Made by a program: the position numbers and the translations under genes
Notes under the pieces: generated by a model
What the model saw: the letters and a program-made list of their open reading frames with translations, nothing else
Databases searched by the model: none
Told to the model about the DNA's origin: nothing
From: a virus
Virus record (IMG/VR): IMGVR_UViG_3300027419_000023
Length of the DNA stretch: 64,000 bases
Reading direction: 5' to 3' (one strand)
Shown here: positions 1-9,924 of the stretch, piece after piece
How positions within the stretch are numbered: position 1 is the stretch's first letter
Layout: each line of letters begins with the position of its first letter

Positions 1-34
1 TAATCATATCAGAATTTGGACCAATATAACCAAG

Positions 35-226
35 TTAAGTTTCTCCAGATTTTACAGTCCATGACCTACCAGAACCTAAATTCATATAGGAAGTGGTTAC
101 CATCTCAGCACTTCTGCCAGAATTTAATTGAACTGTATCAGATGGTTGATAACCCAAATCCAAGTAAGACTGATATTCGGATAGGGTGATTTGGCCTGAA
201 CGCCATACATCAATAAGACGAGTCAT
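35..226 (-). CDS. Small putative virion protein with shared N-terminal 'RLIDxxRxGxIT..QY..LL..G..P' module
   Basis: N-terminus aligns with ORFs 16438-16830 and 24533-26863; bipartite motif ends 3 nt upstream of the ATG. Confidence 0.6.
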   Translation of the reverse strand: MTRLIDVWRSGQITLSEYQSYLDLGYQPSDTVQLNSGRSAEMVTTSYMNLGSGRSWTVKSGET

Positions 227-229
227 ATA

Positions 230-263
230 TAATCAAATAAATAGGAATAGCAAATTTTACGTC
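230..263 (-). promoter_or_regulatory. Bipartite late-promoter-like motif GACGTAAAA-N13-TTTATTTGATTA
   Basis: Exact motif repeated upstream of several structural operons. Confidence 0.75.
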
Positions 264-265
264 TA

Positions 266-282
266 ACCAAAAAGTATTTAAA
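266..282 (+). promoter_or_regulatory. Archaeal BRE-TATA promoter (ACCAAAAAGTATTTAAA), back-to-back with the late motif
   Basis: Matches the recurrent CCAAAA(N)2-3-TATA consensus of this window. Confidence 0.55.
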
Positions 283-298
283 GATAAGAAAATAATTT

Positions 299-757
299 CT
301 ATTCTATTCCATCTGGAATAGGGGTGAGATAAGCCACGCTCATAGTTATAGTTCCTATCCAACGTGCTTGTTCAGTTTCCACGATAGATGTATCGATTTT
401 ATCTACATAGATTTTATAGTCGTCTGTAACCTTTTTTCGATTAACTGAAAACAAATATGATATAGCATCCACGATACTTCTGCAATGTTGATCATTATTG
501 CCATAGGATGTGACCACAGTAATCTTAATGGATACTTTCAACTCATCCCAGTCTCGAAGTTGCGTAAAGAAGTAGCTATCTCCACTTTCAGAGACGTATT
601 CGATACCAACTCTAGTATAGTGAGGTGCAATGAGTGATATTGGTTCCCGGAGTAAACCAGTATAATATCGATTGTCTGTTAGTTCGACTAACTCGGCGTC
701 TCCGTGTAGTTCATCCATAATGAACTGAGAAACCGGAGCTATATAAGACGGCATCAA
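299..757 (-). CDS. Putative tail-terminator/head-tail completion protein
   Basis: Size, beta-rich pattern and position after adaptor/closure-like genes. Confidence 0.4.
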   Translation of the reverse strand: MMPSYIAPVSQFIMDELHGDAELVELTDNRYYTGLLREPISLIAPHYTRVGIEYVSESGDSYFFTQLRDWDELKVSIKITVVTSYGNNDQHCRSIVDAISYLFSVNRKKVTDDYKIYVDKIDTSIVETEQARWIGTITMSVAYLTPIPDGIE

Positions 758-1503
758 AAAATCACATCATTCAATGATAAATGTATATTAATATTTAATA
801 TCCAATAATTTATTAATAAGTTAAACCAGTACCATCTATTGTTGCATGTTTTTATATGGCATGGAATACATAGAGGTACAAAAGACCAAGATTTACCATT
901 GCATATGTCCAATTTGTCATAATCTATATGATGAACTGCTAATTTATATTTTCTTCCAGTTGCGGTAAAATTCAATTCTTCTGGTTTACCGCAACATGCG
1001 CATGTTCTATTAAACTTGATTCTTACGTATTCTCTAAATCGATTATTAAATTTAGGACAATAAGGTTCAAAACTAATTCCACCTTTCCAAAATAATGAAT
1101 TTTCTCCACTTTTTATAATAGATTGATTCTCTCGAAATACTGGATCATTCCATATTTCTTTCGATAATGCAGAAATTCTTGCTTTATATTCTGGTGTATT
1201 TGCTCTTATTTTTGCACTAACCGATAATTTTTTACGCAATTCCGTGGATGCCTTTTTACCTTTGTTTGGTGCAGGTATTCCATACATCGGATTATTTTCT
1301 CCAGAATGTTTTTCTGACATATACTTTTTGTATTCTTCTGTATGTTTATGGCCTTTAAATGCACCAGGACAAGGAGAAGGTTTGCCTTCCATATTTTTTC
1401 GTATCCTAACTTTAGTTTCCTCGGAAACTATTCTTCCCTTTAATGATTCGGATAAATGTTTTTTATGCTCTTCTGTTTGCTTACATCCTTTTTTAACCAT
1501 CAA
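754..1503 (-). CDS. NUMOD3-repeat HNH homing endonuclease
   Basis: HTEE/SEET..K NUMOD3-like repeats, CxxC...VHHIDY...LCxxCH; overlaps both neighbours by 4 nt. Confidence 0.85.
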   Translation of the reverse strand: MMVKKGCKQTEEHKKHLSESLKGRIVSEETKVRIRKNMEGKPSPCPGAFKGHKHTEEYKKYMSEKHSGENNPMYGIPAPNKGKKASTELRKKLSVSAKIRANTPEYKARISALSKEIWNDPVFRENQSIIKSGENSLFWKGGISFEPYCPKFNNRFREYVRIKFNRTCACCGKPEELNFTATGRKYKLAVHHIDYDKLDICNGKSWSFVPLCIPCHIKTCNNRWYWFNLLINYWILNINIHLSLNDVIF

Positions 1504-2117
1504 CTATCACCGTCTTGTTTTTTAACTACTCTAAAAGCATATTCCTGTGCAATATATGACGGTGGCGCAGAAATATTTTCAAAGTCGCTTATGGGAACCC
1601 ATATCTGGTCGTCGTAACCTACAATAGATAACGTCATGTCCTTACTTAACGGCGCAGATCTTTCCATGCGGACATAGTGGACAAGTTTACTTCCTAGACC
1701 TAGACTATTTGCTTCTATCTGAGTTGACATGCCACCCATTTGTCCAAACTCGCATTTGTAGGGTCCATAGGTCTGTTGCCAGGACATTGGCATTCCAACG
1801 GAGTCTACTGCCTGTATAAGAACGGTCGTATCTTCCTCAAAATAACTAGATGACAACGTATTTATACTATCGAACGTATTGACAGTATATTGGGTACTTG
1901 TACCGGAAAAACTTATACGTTCTGTTATGGAAGAACTTTCAAAATTACCAACTATCTTAATTCTGCAAGCATCGCTGGCAGTAATAGCTAGTTTGAAATC
2001 CTCGGTAGGATAGCCAGCCACTGTCATAGTAGTGGCTACATCACCGGAAAAAACCGTATTTATATCCTTATATAGGTAGGCTTTGTGAGTGTACCTGAGC
2101 CGATGTGGATAAGCCAT
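1500..2117 (-). CDS. Putative head-closure/neck protein
   Basis: Position in late operon; no diagnostic motif. Confidence 0.35.
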   Translation of the reverse strand: MAYPHRLRYTHKAYLYKDINTVFSGDVATTMTVAGYPTEDFKLAITASDACRIKIVGNFESSSITERISFSGTSTQYTVNTFDSINTLSSSYFEEDTTVLIQAVDSVGMPMSWQQTYGPYKCEFGQMGGMSTQIEANSLGLGSKLVHYVRMERSAPLSKDMTLSIVGYDDQIWVPISDFENISAPPSYIAQEYAFRVVKKQDGDS

Positions 2118-2123
2118 TTTTAA

Positions 2124-2705
2124 TTACCAGTTCGTATAGTTACTTTGGTTGTCTGTATATCCAAGGTCTTCAACTTCATCGCTATCGAAGCCAGTGCTTG
2201 TCGTATCATCATAAGATGGTATGTCAGTACGCTTCCAGCGCCTCGGATAATTCTTTGCATCCCGGATCCTATCGAACGTCATAGATGCTCCTCTACCAGA
2301 AGTAACTAAACTCATCTTAGAGGCGATTTGTAATTCATTTAGCATCTTTTCTAATGCAGTTCTTGGACCAGTATCTTCGCCTCGGCTAAACGATACTCCC
2401 GGGGCTTGGCTCTGGCTTCTAAAACTCCAGTCCGGATTACCTTCCTCAAAGTAATCAGCTATGAGATGACAAAGCATAACGTTTTCTTGGTTTTCTGTAA
2501 CGGAAGTTTCCGGAATATTTCTAGCTGCCAATAAATTAACAAGTTCGTCTATTGCCAGATCTGCATAAAGTCCGAAGCTACTATACAATATGTCTGCGTC
2601 TGTGTTTTCAACTGGAGAAGCATTAGCTTCGTCGTAGGTCTGTATTGGTATGAACCTATAGAAAACCGAGAAAGTGCTAATTAAATCAGAATAAGGATCT
2701 GCCAT
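2124..2705 (-). CDS. Putative head-tail adaptor protein
   Basis: Helical N-half followed by 'SQSQAPGVSFSR' hairpin typical of adaptors; late motif upstream. Confidence 0.45.
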   Translation of the reverse strand: MADPYSDLISTFSVFYRFIPIQTYDEANASPVENTDADILYSSFGLYADLAIDELVNLLAARNIPETSVTENQENVMLCHLIADYFEEGNPDWSFRSQSQAPGVSFSRGEDTGPRTALEKMLNELQIASKMSLVTSGRGASMTFDRIRDAKNYPRRWKRTDIPSYDDTTSTGFDSDEVEDLGYTDNQSNYTNW

Positions 2706-2730
2706 GCAAAATTCACCACGCTTTTAAATA

Positions 2731-2764
2731 TAATCAAATAAATAAGATTGACTTATTTTACGTC
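2731..2764 (-). promoter_or_regulatory. Bipartite late-promoter-like motif (N13)
   Basis: GACGTAAAA-N13-TTTATTTGATTA. Confidence 0.75.
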
Positions 2765-2766
2765 GT

Positions 2767-2783
2767 ACCAAAAGGTATAAATA
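2767..2783 (+). promoter_or_regulatory. BRE-TATA promoter for the ATP-grasp operon
   Basis: ACCAAAAGGTATAAATA ~35 nt upstream of ATG 2818. Confidence 0.7.
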
Positions 2784-2817
2784 CGCGATAATGCTATAGT
2801 AATTTGGTGAGATATAA

Positions 2818-2997
2818 ATGACAGAAACAAATAAAAAAGGACTGACATCAGAAATCCTTACAGATCAAATCGAATGTGCTGATTGTTTGCCTGTAGTATT
2901 TAAAGACAAAGAAGGAAACATTCACTTTATAGATCCGGATGTATTTGTACAAGCTTCCAGAAAACGTATCGTATTATTTGAAGAAAATACAGTATAG
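2818..2997 (+). CDS. Hypothetical 59-aa protein (not in ORF track)
   Basis: GGTGA RBS; MTETNKKGL...EENTV*. Confidence 0.6.
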   Translation: MTETNKKGLTSEILTDQIECADCLPVVFKDKEGNIHFIDPDVFVQASRKRIVLFEENTV

Positions 2998-3007
2998 GGA
3001 AGATGTT

Positions 3008-3763
3008 ATGACCGTAATTTTAGGTTGCCGAAAGTGCCGTCCTACCGGACGACGCCTAGCAGAAGCATTAGGCGCTCGCTACGTAGAAGAAGGCAGAATC
3101 AATACAAATGAACTAGTAATCCGTTATGGAAACGGCTATTCAGCAGACTCTCCTAACATGATTAATAAACAAGAGGCAGTTGCATTGTCGAGTAATAAAC
3201 CTCGATGCAAGGAATTTCTTATCAGACATAATATAAGAACACCAAAATATTATAGCTGGCAAGATGTTCAATTAGGTAGGATACCATTCCCGATAATCGC
3301 AAGGAGGAATAACCATAGTCAGGGTCGATGGTTTTACTTGATAAATTCTACTAGAGACCTGAGGAGATATAGCCCAGAAAATCACTACCTGCAAGAATTT
3401 GTGAACAAAAAAGATGAATACCGACTATTCCTAATGAAGGATCCAGAAGAAAATTGCTACAGGATTATCGAAGCCGATCTTAAAGTTCCTCCAGAAAGCG
3501 ATCCTCATGCAATGATTAGAAATCATACCCATGGAAGCTTCTTTAGGTGGATCCGCGTAAGTTCCCTTGACCGCGGGTTAAAAGAAAATGTGAAAAATGC
3601 CGTAGAAAAGATTGGCCTCGATTTTGCTGCCGTGGATGCATCTACTATCTACAAAGATGGTCAGTTAGATTCGACTATATTTGAAGTAAACTCTGCACCA
3701 GGACTAATTCCGAGAAAAATTGATTTATTTGTATCTAAAATACGTGAATTATATCCAGAATAA
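3008..3763 (+). CDS. RimK/YheCD-like ATP-grasp peptide ligase
   Basis: FPIIAR...HSQG, LQEFV..EYR, LDFAAVD, FEVNSAPG; start moved to ATG 3008. Confidence 0.9.
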   Translation: MTVILGCRKCRPTGRRLAEALGARYVEEGRINTNELVIRYGNGYSADSPNMINKQEAVALSSNKPRCKEFLIRHNIRTPKYYSWQDVQLGRIPFPIIARRNNHSQGRWFYLINSTRDLRRYSPENHYLQEFVNKKDEYRLFLMKDPEENCYRIIEADLKVPPESDPHAMIRNHTHGSFFRWIRVSSLDRGLKENVKNAVEKIGLDFAAVDASTIYKDGQLDSTIFEVNSAPGLIPRKIDLFVSKIRELYPE

Positions 3764-3815
3764 CGAAAATATATTTTTTATAAAATTATTATTTTTATCA
3801 TAATATTTATAAGGT

Positions 3816-4589
3816 ATGATTATGCGAGGAAAATCAACAGATTTAACGAATAAAAAATTTTCTAGATTATATGTAATAGAATTGTATAGTAATAATAAAA
3901 ATGAGCATAAAAAGTGGAGATGTATTTGCGATTGCGGCAATGAAATAGTTGTAGATGGCTGCAATTTAGTAACCGGAAACACTAAAAGTTGTGGGTGTTT
4001 AAATATTGAAAACTTATGTCTACGAAATCCTATGAAACGTCCCGAGGTCGCTGCTAAGTTCGTAGGCGATCTAAATCCGAAAAGAAGACCTGAAGTAATA
4101 GCGAAACAATTAGGTGATCTAAATCCATCTAAACGACCAGAAAATAGGGCTAAAGCATCACAACGAATGATTGGTAATAAAAATCCTATGAAAAATCCAG
4201 ATGTTGCTAAAAATGTAGCAAAACAAATATCTGGTGAGAATAGTCATTTCTGGAAAGGTGGAGTTTATAAACAATTGTATTGCGAAAAATGGACTCCCGA
4301 ACTTAGGAATAGAATACGAGCTTTCTTCAATTATGAATGTATATTATGCGGGAAATCCCAAGAAGAAAACGGGCAAAAACTAGACTGTCATCATATAGGT
4401 TATTATAAAAACGTATGTTGTAACGATAAGCCAGTTAGGTTTGCAGCTTTATGTAGAAGTTGCCATAGTAAAACCACTAGTAAATTTACCAGAGATTACT
4501 GGGAATATATATTAAATAGAATTATAGATGAAATATATAATGGCAAATCATATTATACTAGAATAGAATATAAAATGATCTATGAATAG
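3816..4589 (+). CDS. HNH homing endonuclease, paralog of 754-1503
   Basis: WRCICDCG/TKSCGC N-domain, NPxKRPEV repeats, CILCG...HHIGY...LCRSCH. Confidence 0.85.
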   Translation: MIMRGKSTDLTNKKFSRLYVIELYSNNKNEHKKWRCICDCGNEIVVDGCNLVTGNTKSCGCLNIENLCLRNPMKRPEVAAKFVGDLNPKRRPEVIAKQLGDLNPSKRPENRAKASQRMIGNKNPMKNPDVAKNVAKQISGENSHFWKGGVYKQLYCEKWTPELRNRIRAFFNYECILCGKSQEENGQKLDCHHIGYYKNVCCNDKPVRFAALCRSCHSKTTSKFTRDYWEYILNRIIDEIYNGKSYYTRIEYKMIYE

Positions 4590-4896
4590 GAGTATTTTTA
4601 TGAGGCATAAACAAGCAAAAATTGACGGTATAAAAGTAGATGTTAATATAGCATCATTGATCCAATCATTATGGAATGCTAATATAAATACATATGGGTC
4701 TTGTCAGGAAAAATATCCAGGAAGAGCTTGGATAGGATTTAATACATCAGATGATATATGGAGGTTTGTAAAACTTACTAGTAATCTACAAGACACAAGT
4801 TGGGAAATGTGTGAATATGCTTGCCAAATAATGTTTCCTAATTCGTTGTTTAATGATATAATAAAAGTAGTTTCTAAATGTAATTTATATAGATAG
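4582..4896 (+). CDS. Hypothetical protein
   Basis: ORF with a 'VDxxIAxLIxxLxxxxIxTxxSCQ' pattern. Confidence 0.55.
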   Translation: MNRSIFMRHKQAKIDGIKVDVNIASLIQSLWNANINTYGSCQEKYPGRAWIGFNTSDDIWRFVKLTSNLQDTSWEMCEYACQIMFPNSLFNDIIKVVSKCNLYR

Positions 4897-4936
4897 TTTT
4901 TTATTACTATTTTTTAAAAATAGTTGATACCTTCTT

Positions 4937-5236
4937 TTATTTCCCACTATACTCCTCGGATATTCTTTTCTCTAGTAACACCCACTTTTCGTCAAAGTCA
5001 ATCCTATGATCTTTATTGCCGTTTAATACATGTTGCAACTCGTGGGAGATCGCCCTGATAATCATGTCTAAGGACTTTACTTGAGCCGCATTCAGGATAA
5101 TATGGGCACCCTCTCTCGTGAACTCACAACCAGCTATATGATCGGTTGGCATGTCAGTCGATAAATGTAAGTGGACTGTAATGCCACTTATATCCTCACA
5201 GATATTTTTAATTCTCATCCATTTGATCATTGACAT
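4937..5236 (-). CDS. Small zincin-like metallopeptidase
   Basis: HELQH...H..DF; last gene of the ligase/GATase operon. Confidence 0.6.
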   Translation of the reverse strand: MSMIKWMRIKNICEDISGITVHLHLSTDMPTDHIAGCEFTREGAHIILNAAQVKSLDMIIRAISHELQHVLNGNKDHRIDFDEKWVLLEKRISEEYSGK

Positions 5237-5240
5237 GACC

Positions 5241-5975
5241 TCACTGGCACATCGGGTAACCCTTATTCACCCAATCATTATATTCATTATCGATATCCTC
5301 TTCGGTTATGATGATTGGCTTGCTGTTATGACGATTCTTCCTATTATTGTTACGGTTATTATTAGCACCATAACAATAATTAATATTTTTATATACGTAG
5401 GTTTCTCTTTTGTAACTGTCATTACTGAAGTAAACGCCATTGACTTCCTCGAAGTCACCCCACCTAGTGATGAATCCATCTGGAGATACCTTGACAAATT
5501 TCCCGGATAATACTGCCAGGATATCGTCTCCAATGCTTGGCACGGATGCCATGATCGCAGCAGTCCGGGTATCGTTCATCGGGCCCTTTGGCATGGCGTC
5601 AATCTGTTTGGATGTCACCATATTCACTAGGAGGTTCTTCCAGTCGAAGATCACGCCATTATGGAATAGAACTGGCACGTCTAAATTCCCGCTTATAGAG
5701 AGTTCACTTTTTTCCGTCATTTCATATGGATGAGTCATTTCCCTATTAACTTCACCAGACGTTGCAATCCTGAAGTGTAGTACATGTGGCAAAGGTATGT
5801 CATCGCTAGCATAGAATGTCCTGAGTTCTTCTATTGTCATGAAGCCCTTCTCTACATGTACTTTACCTTCTGGCGTAGCCCAAGCTATGCCAGCTCCGTC
5901 ACTATTGTTTTTGAAACAGTTTTCGAGTTCTTTTTCATTTAATTTCCTTTCCGCAGCTATCGCTATTATACACAT
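5241..5975 (-). CDS. Class II (Ntn) glutamine amidotransferase
   Basis: M-C start, NSDGAG, HFRIATSG, THPY, FHNG, NDT. Confidence 0.92.
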   Translation of the reverse strand: MCIIAIAAERKLNEKELENCFKNNSDGAGIAWATPEGKVHVEKGFMTIEELRTFYASDDIPLPHVLHFRIATSGEVNREMTHPYEMTEKSELSISGNLDVPVLFHNGVIFDWKNLLVNMVTSKQIDAMPKGPMNDTRTAAIMASVPSIGDDILAVLSGKFVKVSPDGFITRWGDFEEVNGVYFSNDSYKRETYVYKNINYCYGANNNRNNNRKNRHNSKPIIITEEDIDNEYNDWVNKGYPMCQ

Positions 5976-5976
5976 T

Positions 5977-7479
5977 TTATGCCTCCACTTCATTTAGTTT
6001 ATTACCAATTGCTCGCAACAGTCCTCTAATAAACGGCGAGTTTGGAATACTCAAACTAGTTCTTCTATCGTATGATATGCCTATACTTAGTACTCTATTT
6101 TCTGGATCCCAGGTATCTACTTTACCAGGCGCTAACATACAGTGACCAAGCGGTATAGTAGCTTTATTAGTTCCGTGAAGTTTTTTACTAAGACCATACA
6201 ACTTTATCGTGACTGGTCGTACTGTCTTGACCTTGTAAATACCTTCGGCCAAAACTTCCTTAACGTACGAATCCCAAGTATTCTGGAATACAACCGTTGG
6301 AATATTTGACCTCTTCAAGATTTGTTCCTTAGCTACTTTCCAGCTGACGACGATACTTTGAGCGGGCTTATAACCATTACCACAGAACTTCATGAAGTAC
6401 TTTGCTTGATTTTTTGTAAGGCTACCATACTTCATATAGTCTTCTACTGTAAGTTTTCCACTATCATATTCAAATACTTCCCCGTTTAAATAGTTTTTGG
6501 ATAGATTACCTACTAACCGTAGCGTTATGCAAGTGATAGCTGGATTCTGGAATAGTGCAGCCGGTGGAGTCCTGTACTCAAATCCGTGTGGTTGAGGTCT
6601 ATATGCACCTAACCGTCTATATTCTTTCCGAGCGTCACCGGATAATTTCATGGAAGGTTCTCCAACAAAATCGTCAAGTAGTGTAAGTAGATTACTATCC
6701 GGTGTCATACGGAATCCTATGCCTACATGAATATGTCCGCCCAACGGATAGCAATCTCCACGGTCAGTTAAATCAAATCTGTTGCCAAGATCTTCTTTGA
6801 ATTCCCTGACAAGCTTTTTAAAATTTTGAGTCACCTTAACTGGATTTCCTGGAGTTGGCCTAAATTCGATTTGATCTCCTGATCCATCCGTACCGATCTG
6901 AGATTCGCAGTCGTAGTCTACTATTTCGTCTGCGGTAACAACGTCTCCATAACGGTCAAATAGCTCGAATTCTGGATCGCATCCGACTGTGACTTCCGAT
7001 ACGGTTTTGAATCGTGCTGACTCATCTGGTATCTTTAAGTGTAGTTTTTCTACCAGTTGTGGCCACAGGGTATTGAACACTCGCAAACATGCACTATCAT
7101 GTGTCCAATCTGTCAATACCAAGGTATTAATAGTTGGCAAATAGTAACCAGCAAACCTTCCTGAGACAAGTATACGTATAGCACTCCTCGATGAAGCATT
7201 ATTAGTATATTGAAGGGTATCATCAAAGAATATCTCAGGTATCGGTCCAGAATACTCTAAGCTTATGGACCCTGCAATATTCACATCCAGTATTCCATTG
7301 GGATATGCATACAGAGCATTTCCTAGGATGTACGGCTCGTTATCGTAATTTCCGAAAGTATCGTGGGAGTGACACGAAACGAAATACTTTCCAACCGTAC
7401 AGGAAGCTTCATCCATTCTTTCATGAAGACGGTTCCTGGGAAAAATGGTTGGTTTTTGGCCAACGAAACTTCTCTTCAT
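5977..7479 (-). CDS. phiEco32-like COOH-NH2 ligase type 2
   Basis: GCDPEF, IGTDG..QIEFRP, GGHIHVG, HGFEYRT. Confidence 0.88.
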   Translation of the reverse strand: MKRSFVGQKPTIFPRNRLHERMDEASCTVGKYFVSCHSHDTFGNYDNEPYILGNALYAYPNGILDVNIAGSISLEYSGPIPEIFFDDTLQYTNNASSRSAIRILVSGRFAGYYLPTINTLVLTDWTHDSACLRVFNTLWPQLVEKLHLKIPDESARFKTVSEVTVGCDPEFELFDRYGDVVTADEIVDYDCESQIGTDGSGDQIEFRPTPGNPVKVTQNFKKLVREFKEDLGNRFDLTDRGDCYPLGGHIHVGIGFRMTPDSNLLTLLDDFVGEPSMKLSGDARKEYRRLGAYRPQPHGFEYRTPPAALFQNPAITCITLRLVGNLSKNYLNGEVFEYDSGKLTVEDYMKYGSLTKNQAKYFMKFCGNGYKPAQSIVVSWKVAKEQILKRSNIPTVVFQNTWDSYVKEVLAEGIYKVKTVRPVTIKLYGLSKKLHGTNKATIPLGHCMLAPGKVDTWDPENRVLSIGISYDRRTSLSIPNSPFIRGLLRAIGNKLNEVEA

Positions 7480-9050
7480 GCTAGTACCTCATGGTACTGG
7501 AGATAACTGCTAATTGCTCTAATGAGTTCTCGGCGTCTAGAACTACCAATACCAGTCATTCTCATGTCAAGGCTAAAACCAATGTTCAGCACATTGTCTC
7601 GCCAGACCGGCTTCGGAGGTTGTCCACCAATGACGCTACTCCCCCTTAACGGTATCGTACACATGTTTTCTCCGCGGTCTGCTTTTAGACCATAGAACGA
7701 AACCACGACAGGTCGAATAGTCTCTATGTTGCTTGCGGACAATTCCTGCCTTATCTGGAATGTAACTCCGTCATGCCACTCATCTCGGAATTCAATATTC
7801 AATGGATGAGTATGGGTAGTTACCACCGGGGCAGCAGGTACTTTCCAACTGGCTCTTATCGATTTCTTTGGCACATAGTTTTCACAAAACCTCATAAAGT
7901 ATTTTGCCTGGTTCTTGGTCAACCCACCTACATTAATATAGTCGTCGAGCGTTGGCCTAGTATTATATTCTAACGTATCCTGGTTGAAGTATTTTTCGCA
8001 TAGGTTCTTGACTAACCGCAACGTTACAAATGTCATCGCAGGATTTTGGAAGACCGCAGCAGGCGTCGACCGATACTCAAATCCATGCTTCTGGGTTCTT
8101 GTGGCACCCAACTGCTTGTACGAAGATCGGGCATCTCCTGACATCTCGATAGTTGGTCTACCGACAAAATCATCTAGGATTACCCGTAGATCGTTCGGTA
8201 CTTCAATTTCCCGGTTCAAACCCACATGGATATGTCCACCTAATGGATAACGGTCACCTTCGTCACTGAGGTCAAACTCCGGATATTTCGTACTGAACTC
8301 CTTGACAAGCTTTCTAATATTTTTCATAACTTGCTGGGGTGTCCCTGGCTGTGGCCTAAACTCTAACTGGGATTGCTGGCCATCCAGGCCAATCGGACTT
8401 GATAAATGGTTACTGCACTGAATTACTGTGCAAGCATTAACAACCTTCCCGTTTTTCGTTACTTCCAACTCTGGGTCGGCACCCATACTAACAGTCAGGC
8501 GTTTAACTGGTTTCTTACTGTCACTTGCATTAATCGCATTTGGACAAGCTGCCAACTGCAATTGAGTTACTATTTGTGGAAATACTTGTCCTAACACAAT
8601 CGTAATGTAATGAATGTGCCACGTCCAGAAGCCCGTTAGCCAGCTATTAATTTCTGGTAGATAGTATCCTGCGACAACTCCATTTACCTTTATGGAAATT
8701 GCATCCATAGGATCACCTATGGTTTGCGTAATATTAGATAGATCGAAGAACTCATTGCATCTAGCATTTTCATTTATGTGAATGCCCATTTCTTCATAGT
8801 ATCCTGGCGAATTTTCGTCAAATACAGTATTAATTGATCTAATAACATTTAGACTTATATTTACCTTAGGCATGATGTACATCGTATCCCGTTGGATGTC
8901 TACGATCTCATCCTCTACCCGAACTGCGTGTACATACTTCTCTACCAATGGAATAATGCTTGCAGCTACGTCATTTAGCCTGCAGTCAGCATTACCGATA
9001 CTTTTTTTACCCGAACTTGGGCTTTTCCCTACAATTGTTTTCTTAGTCAC
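7476..9050 (-). CDS. phiEco32-like COOH-NH2 ligase type 2 (tandem paralog)
   Basis: GADPEL, IGLDG..QLEFRP, GGHIHVG, HGFEYRS. Confidence 0.88.
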   Translation of the reverse strand: MTKKTIVGKSPSSGKKSIGNADCRLNDVAASIIPLVEKYVHAVRVEDEIVDIQRDTMYIMPKVNISLNVIRSINTVFDENSPGYYEEMGIHINENARCNEFFDLSNITQTIGDPMDAISIKVNGVVAGYYLPEINSWLTGFWTWHIHYITIVLGQVFPQIVTQLQLAACPNAINASDSKKPVKRLTVSMGADPELEVTKNGKVVNACTVIQCSNHLSSPIGLDGQQSQLEFRPQPGTPQQVMKNIRKLVKEFSTKYPEFDLSDEGDRYPLGGHIHVGLNREIEVPNDLRVILDDFVGRPTIEMSGDARSSYKQLGATRTQKHGFEYRSTPAAVFQNPAMTFVTLRLVKNLCEKYFNQDTLEYNTRPTLDDYINVGGLTKNQAKYFMRFCENYVPKKSIRASWKVPAAPVVTTHTHPLNIEFRDEWHDGVTFQIRQELSASNIETIRPVVVSFYGLKADRGENMCTIPLRGSSVIGGQPPKPVWRDNVLNIGFSLDMRMTGIGSSRRRELIRAISSYLQYHEVLA

Positions 9051-9085
9051 TTAACTTACCTCCAAATTTAGCATTAAAAAGGGTG

Positions 9086-9136
9086 TATTTATACTTTTTG
9101 GTTATAGGTATATAAGTCAACCAAAGTGTTTAAATA
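9086..9136. promoter_or_regulatory. Divergent pair of BRE-TATA promoters
   Basis: Minus ACCAAAAAGTATAAATA (9086-9102); plus ACCAAAGTGTTTAAATA (9120-9136). Confidence 0.7.
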
Positions 9137-9173
9137 CTACAAAAATAACTATACGAAAAGAATTGGAGGTAAT

Positions 9174-9464
9174 ATGTCAGGACTACTTGAAAAACTAGAA
9201 AAGGTCGTAGAGGATCTTTACTATGACAAGAGAATAGTGTCATTTGAGGAAAAACAACTATCTGAGGATACAATAGAGTACACCTTCGTAGCGAAGCTGT
9301 ATAATAATCCTCCCAGATTAGAATCAACACCAGTTGAAAAAGTTGAACCTACAAAAAAGAAAGTAATATTGAAAAAGGAATTGAAAAAAGAGAAAAAGGA
9401 TGTTGGACCAGTAAAACCACCAAAGCCACCTATGGCCGATATTGTCTCAGTTGGCGGCTATTAA
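9174..9464 (+). CDS. Hypothetical protein with Lys-rich tail
   Basis: GGAGGT RBS before ATG 9174. Confidence 0.65.
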   Translation: MSGLLEKLEKVVEDLYYDKRIVSFEEKQLSEDTIEYTFVAKLYNNPPRLESTPVEKVEPTKKKVILKKELKKEKKDVGPVKPPKPPMADIVSVGGY

Positions 9465-9604
9465 GTACCACTTTTATTATTTTTATTATATAAAACTTTT
9501 CTAATATCTGTATTTTTATTTTGATTTTCGTAACACCTAGGACACATCCAACTATCAGCACTATATAATAATCCACAGTCTGGACACCTTAAATATGCAT
9601 TCAT
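9461..9604 (-). CDS. CPxCG zinc-finger microprotein (47 aa, not in ORF track)
   Basis: MNAYLRCPDCG...WMCPRC. Confidence 0.55.
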   Translation of the reverse strand: MNAYLRCPDCGLLYSADSWMCPRCYENQNKNTDIRKVLYNKNNKSGT

Positions 9605-9699
9605 TTAGTAGACCTATAGCATGTTTTGTGAAATCACTATGGGTAAGTAGTATCCTGTAATATATAGTATTTTGCTATACTACACTATATAAAAACAAT

Positions 9700-9845
9700 T
9701 TTTACCAGCTATTAAAACTACTATATTACTATATAATCACTAACTACTTACTTACTATTACTATATACTTACTATATTACTATATATAGTATAGTAATAT
9801 AAACTATAGTACTATAAGTACTATAGTAAGTAACTATTTTTTAGA
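9700..9845. repeat. AT-rich non-coding block with TATATTACTATA repeats in both orientations
   Basis: 23-bp stretch 9713-9735 is the exact reverse complement of 38818-38840. Confidence 0.75.
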
Positions 9846-9924
9846 GGGCCAATAAGCAAAAAACTTTAAGTAGATAAAAATTATTACAATAAAAATAAAA
9901 AAATTTATTAGCTCTGTAATCATG

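Noticed and set aside
1-37. Readthrough of ORF 35-226 past its TAA (LGYIGPNSDMI)
   Set aside because: Only 11 codons are visible before the window edge; cannot be evaluated
9700-9845. CRISPR array or mini-array in the AT-rich repeats (also 38700-38965)
   Set aside because: No constant repeat with unique, regular-length spacers
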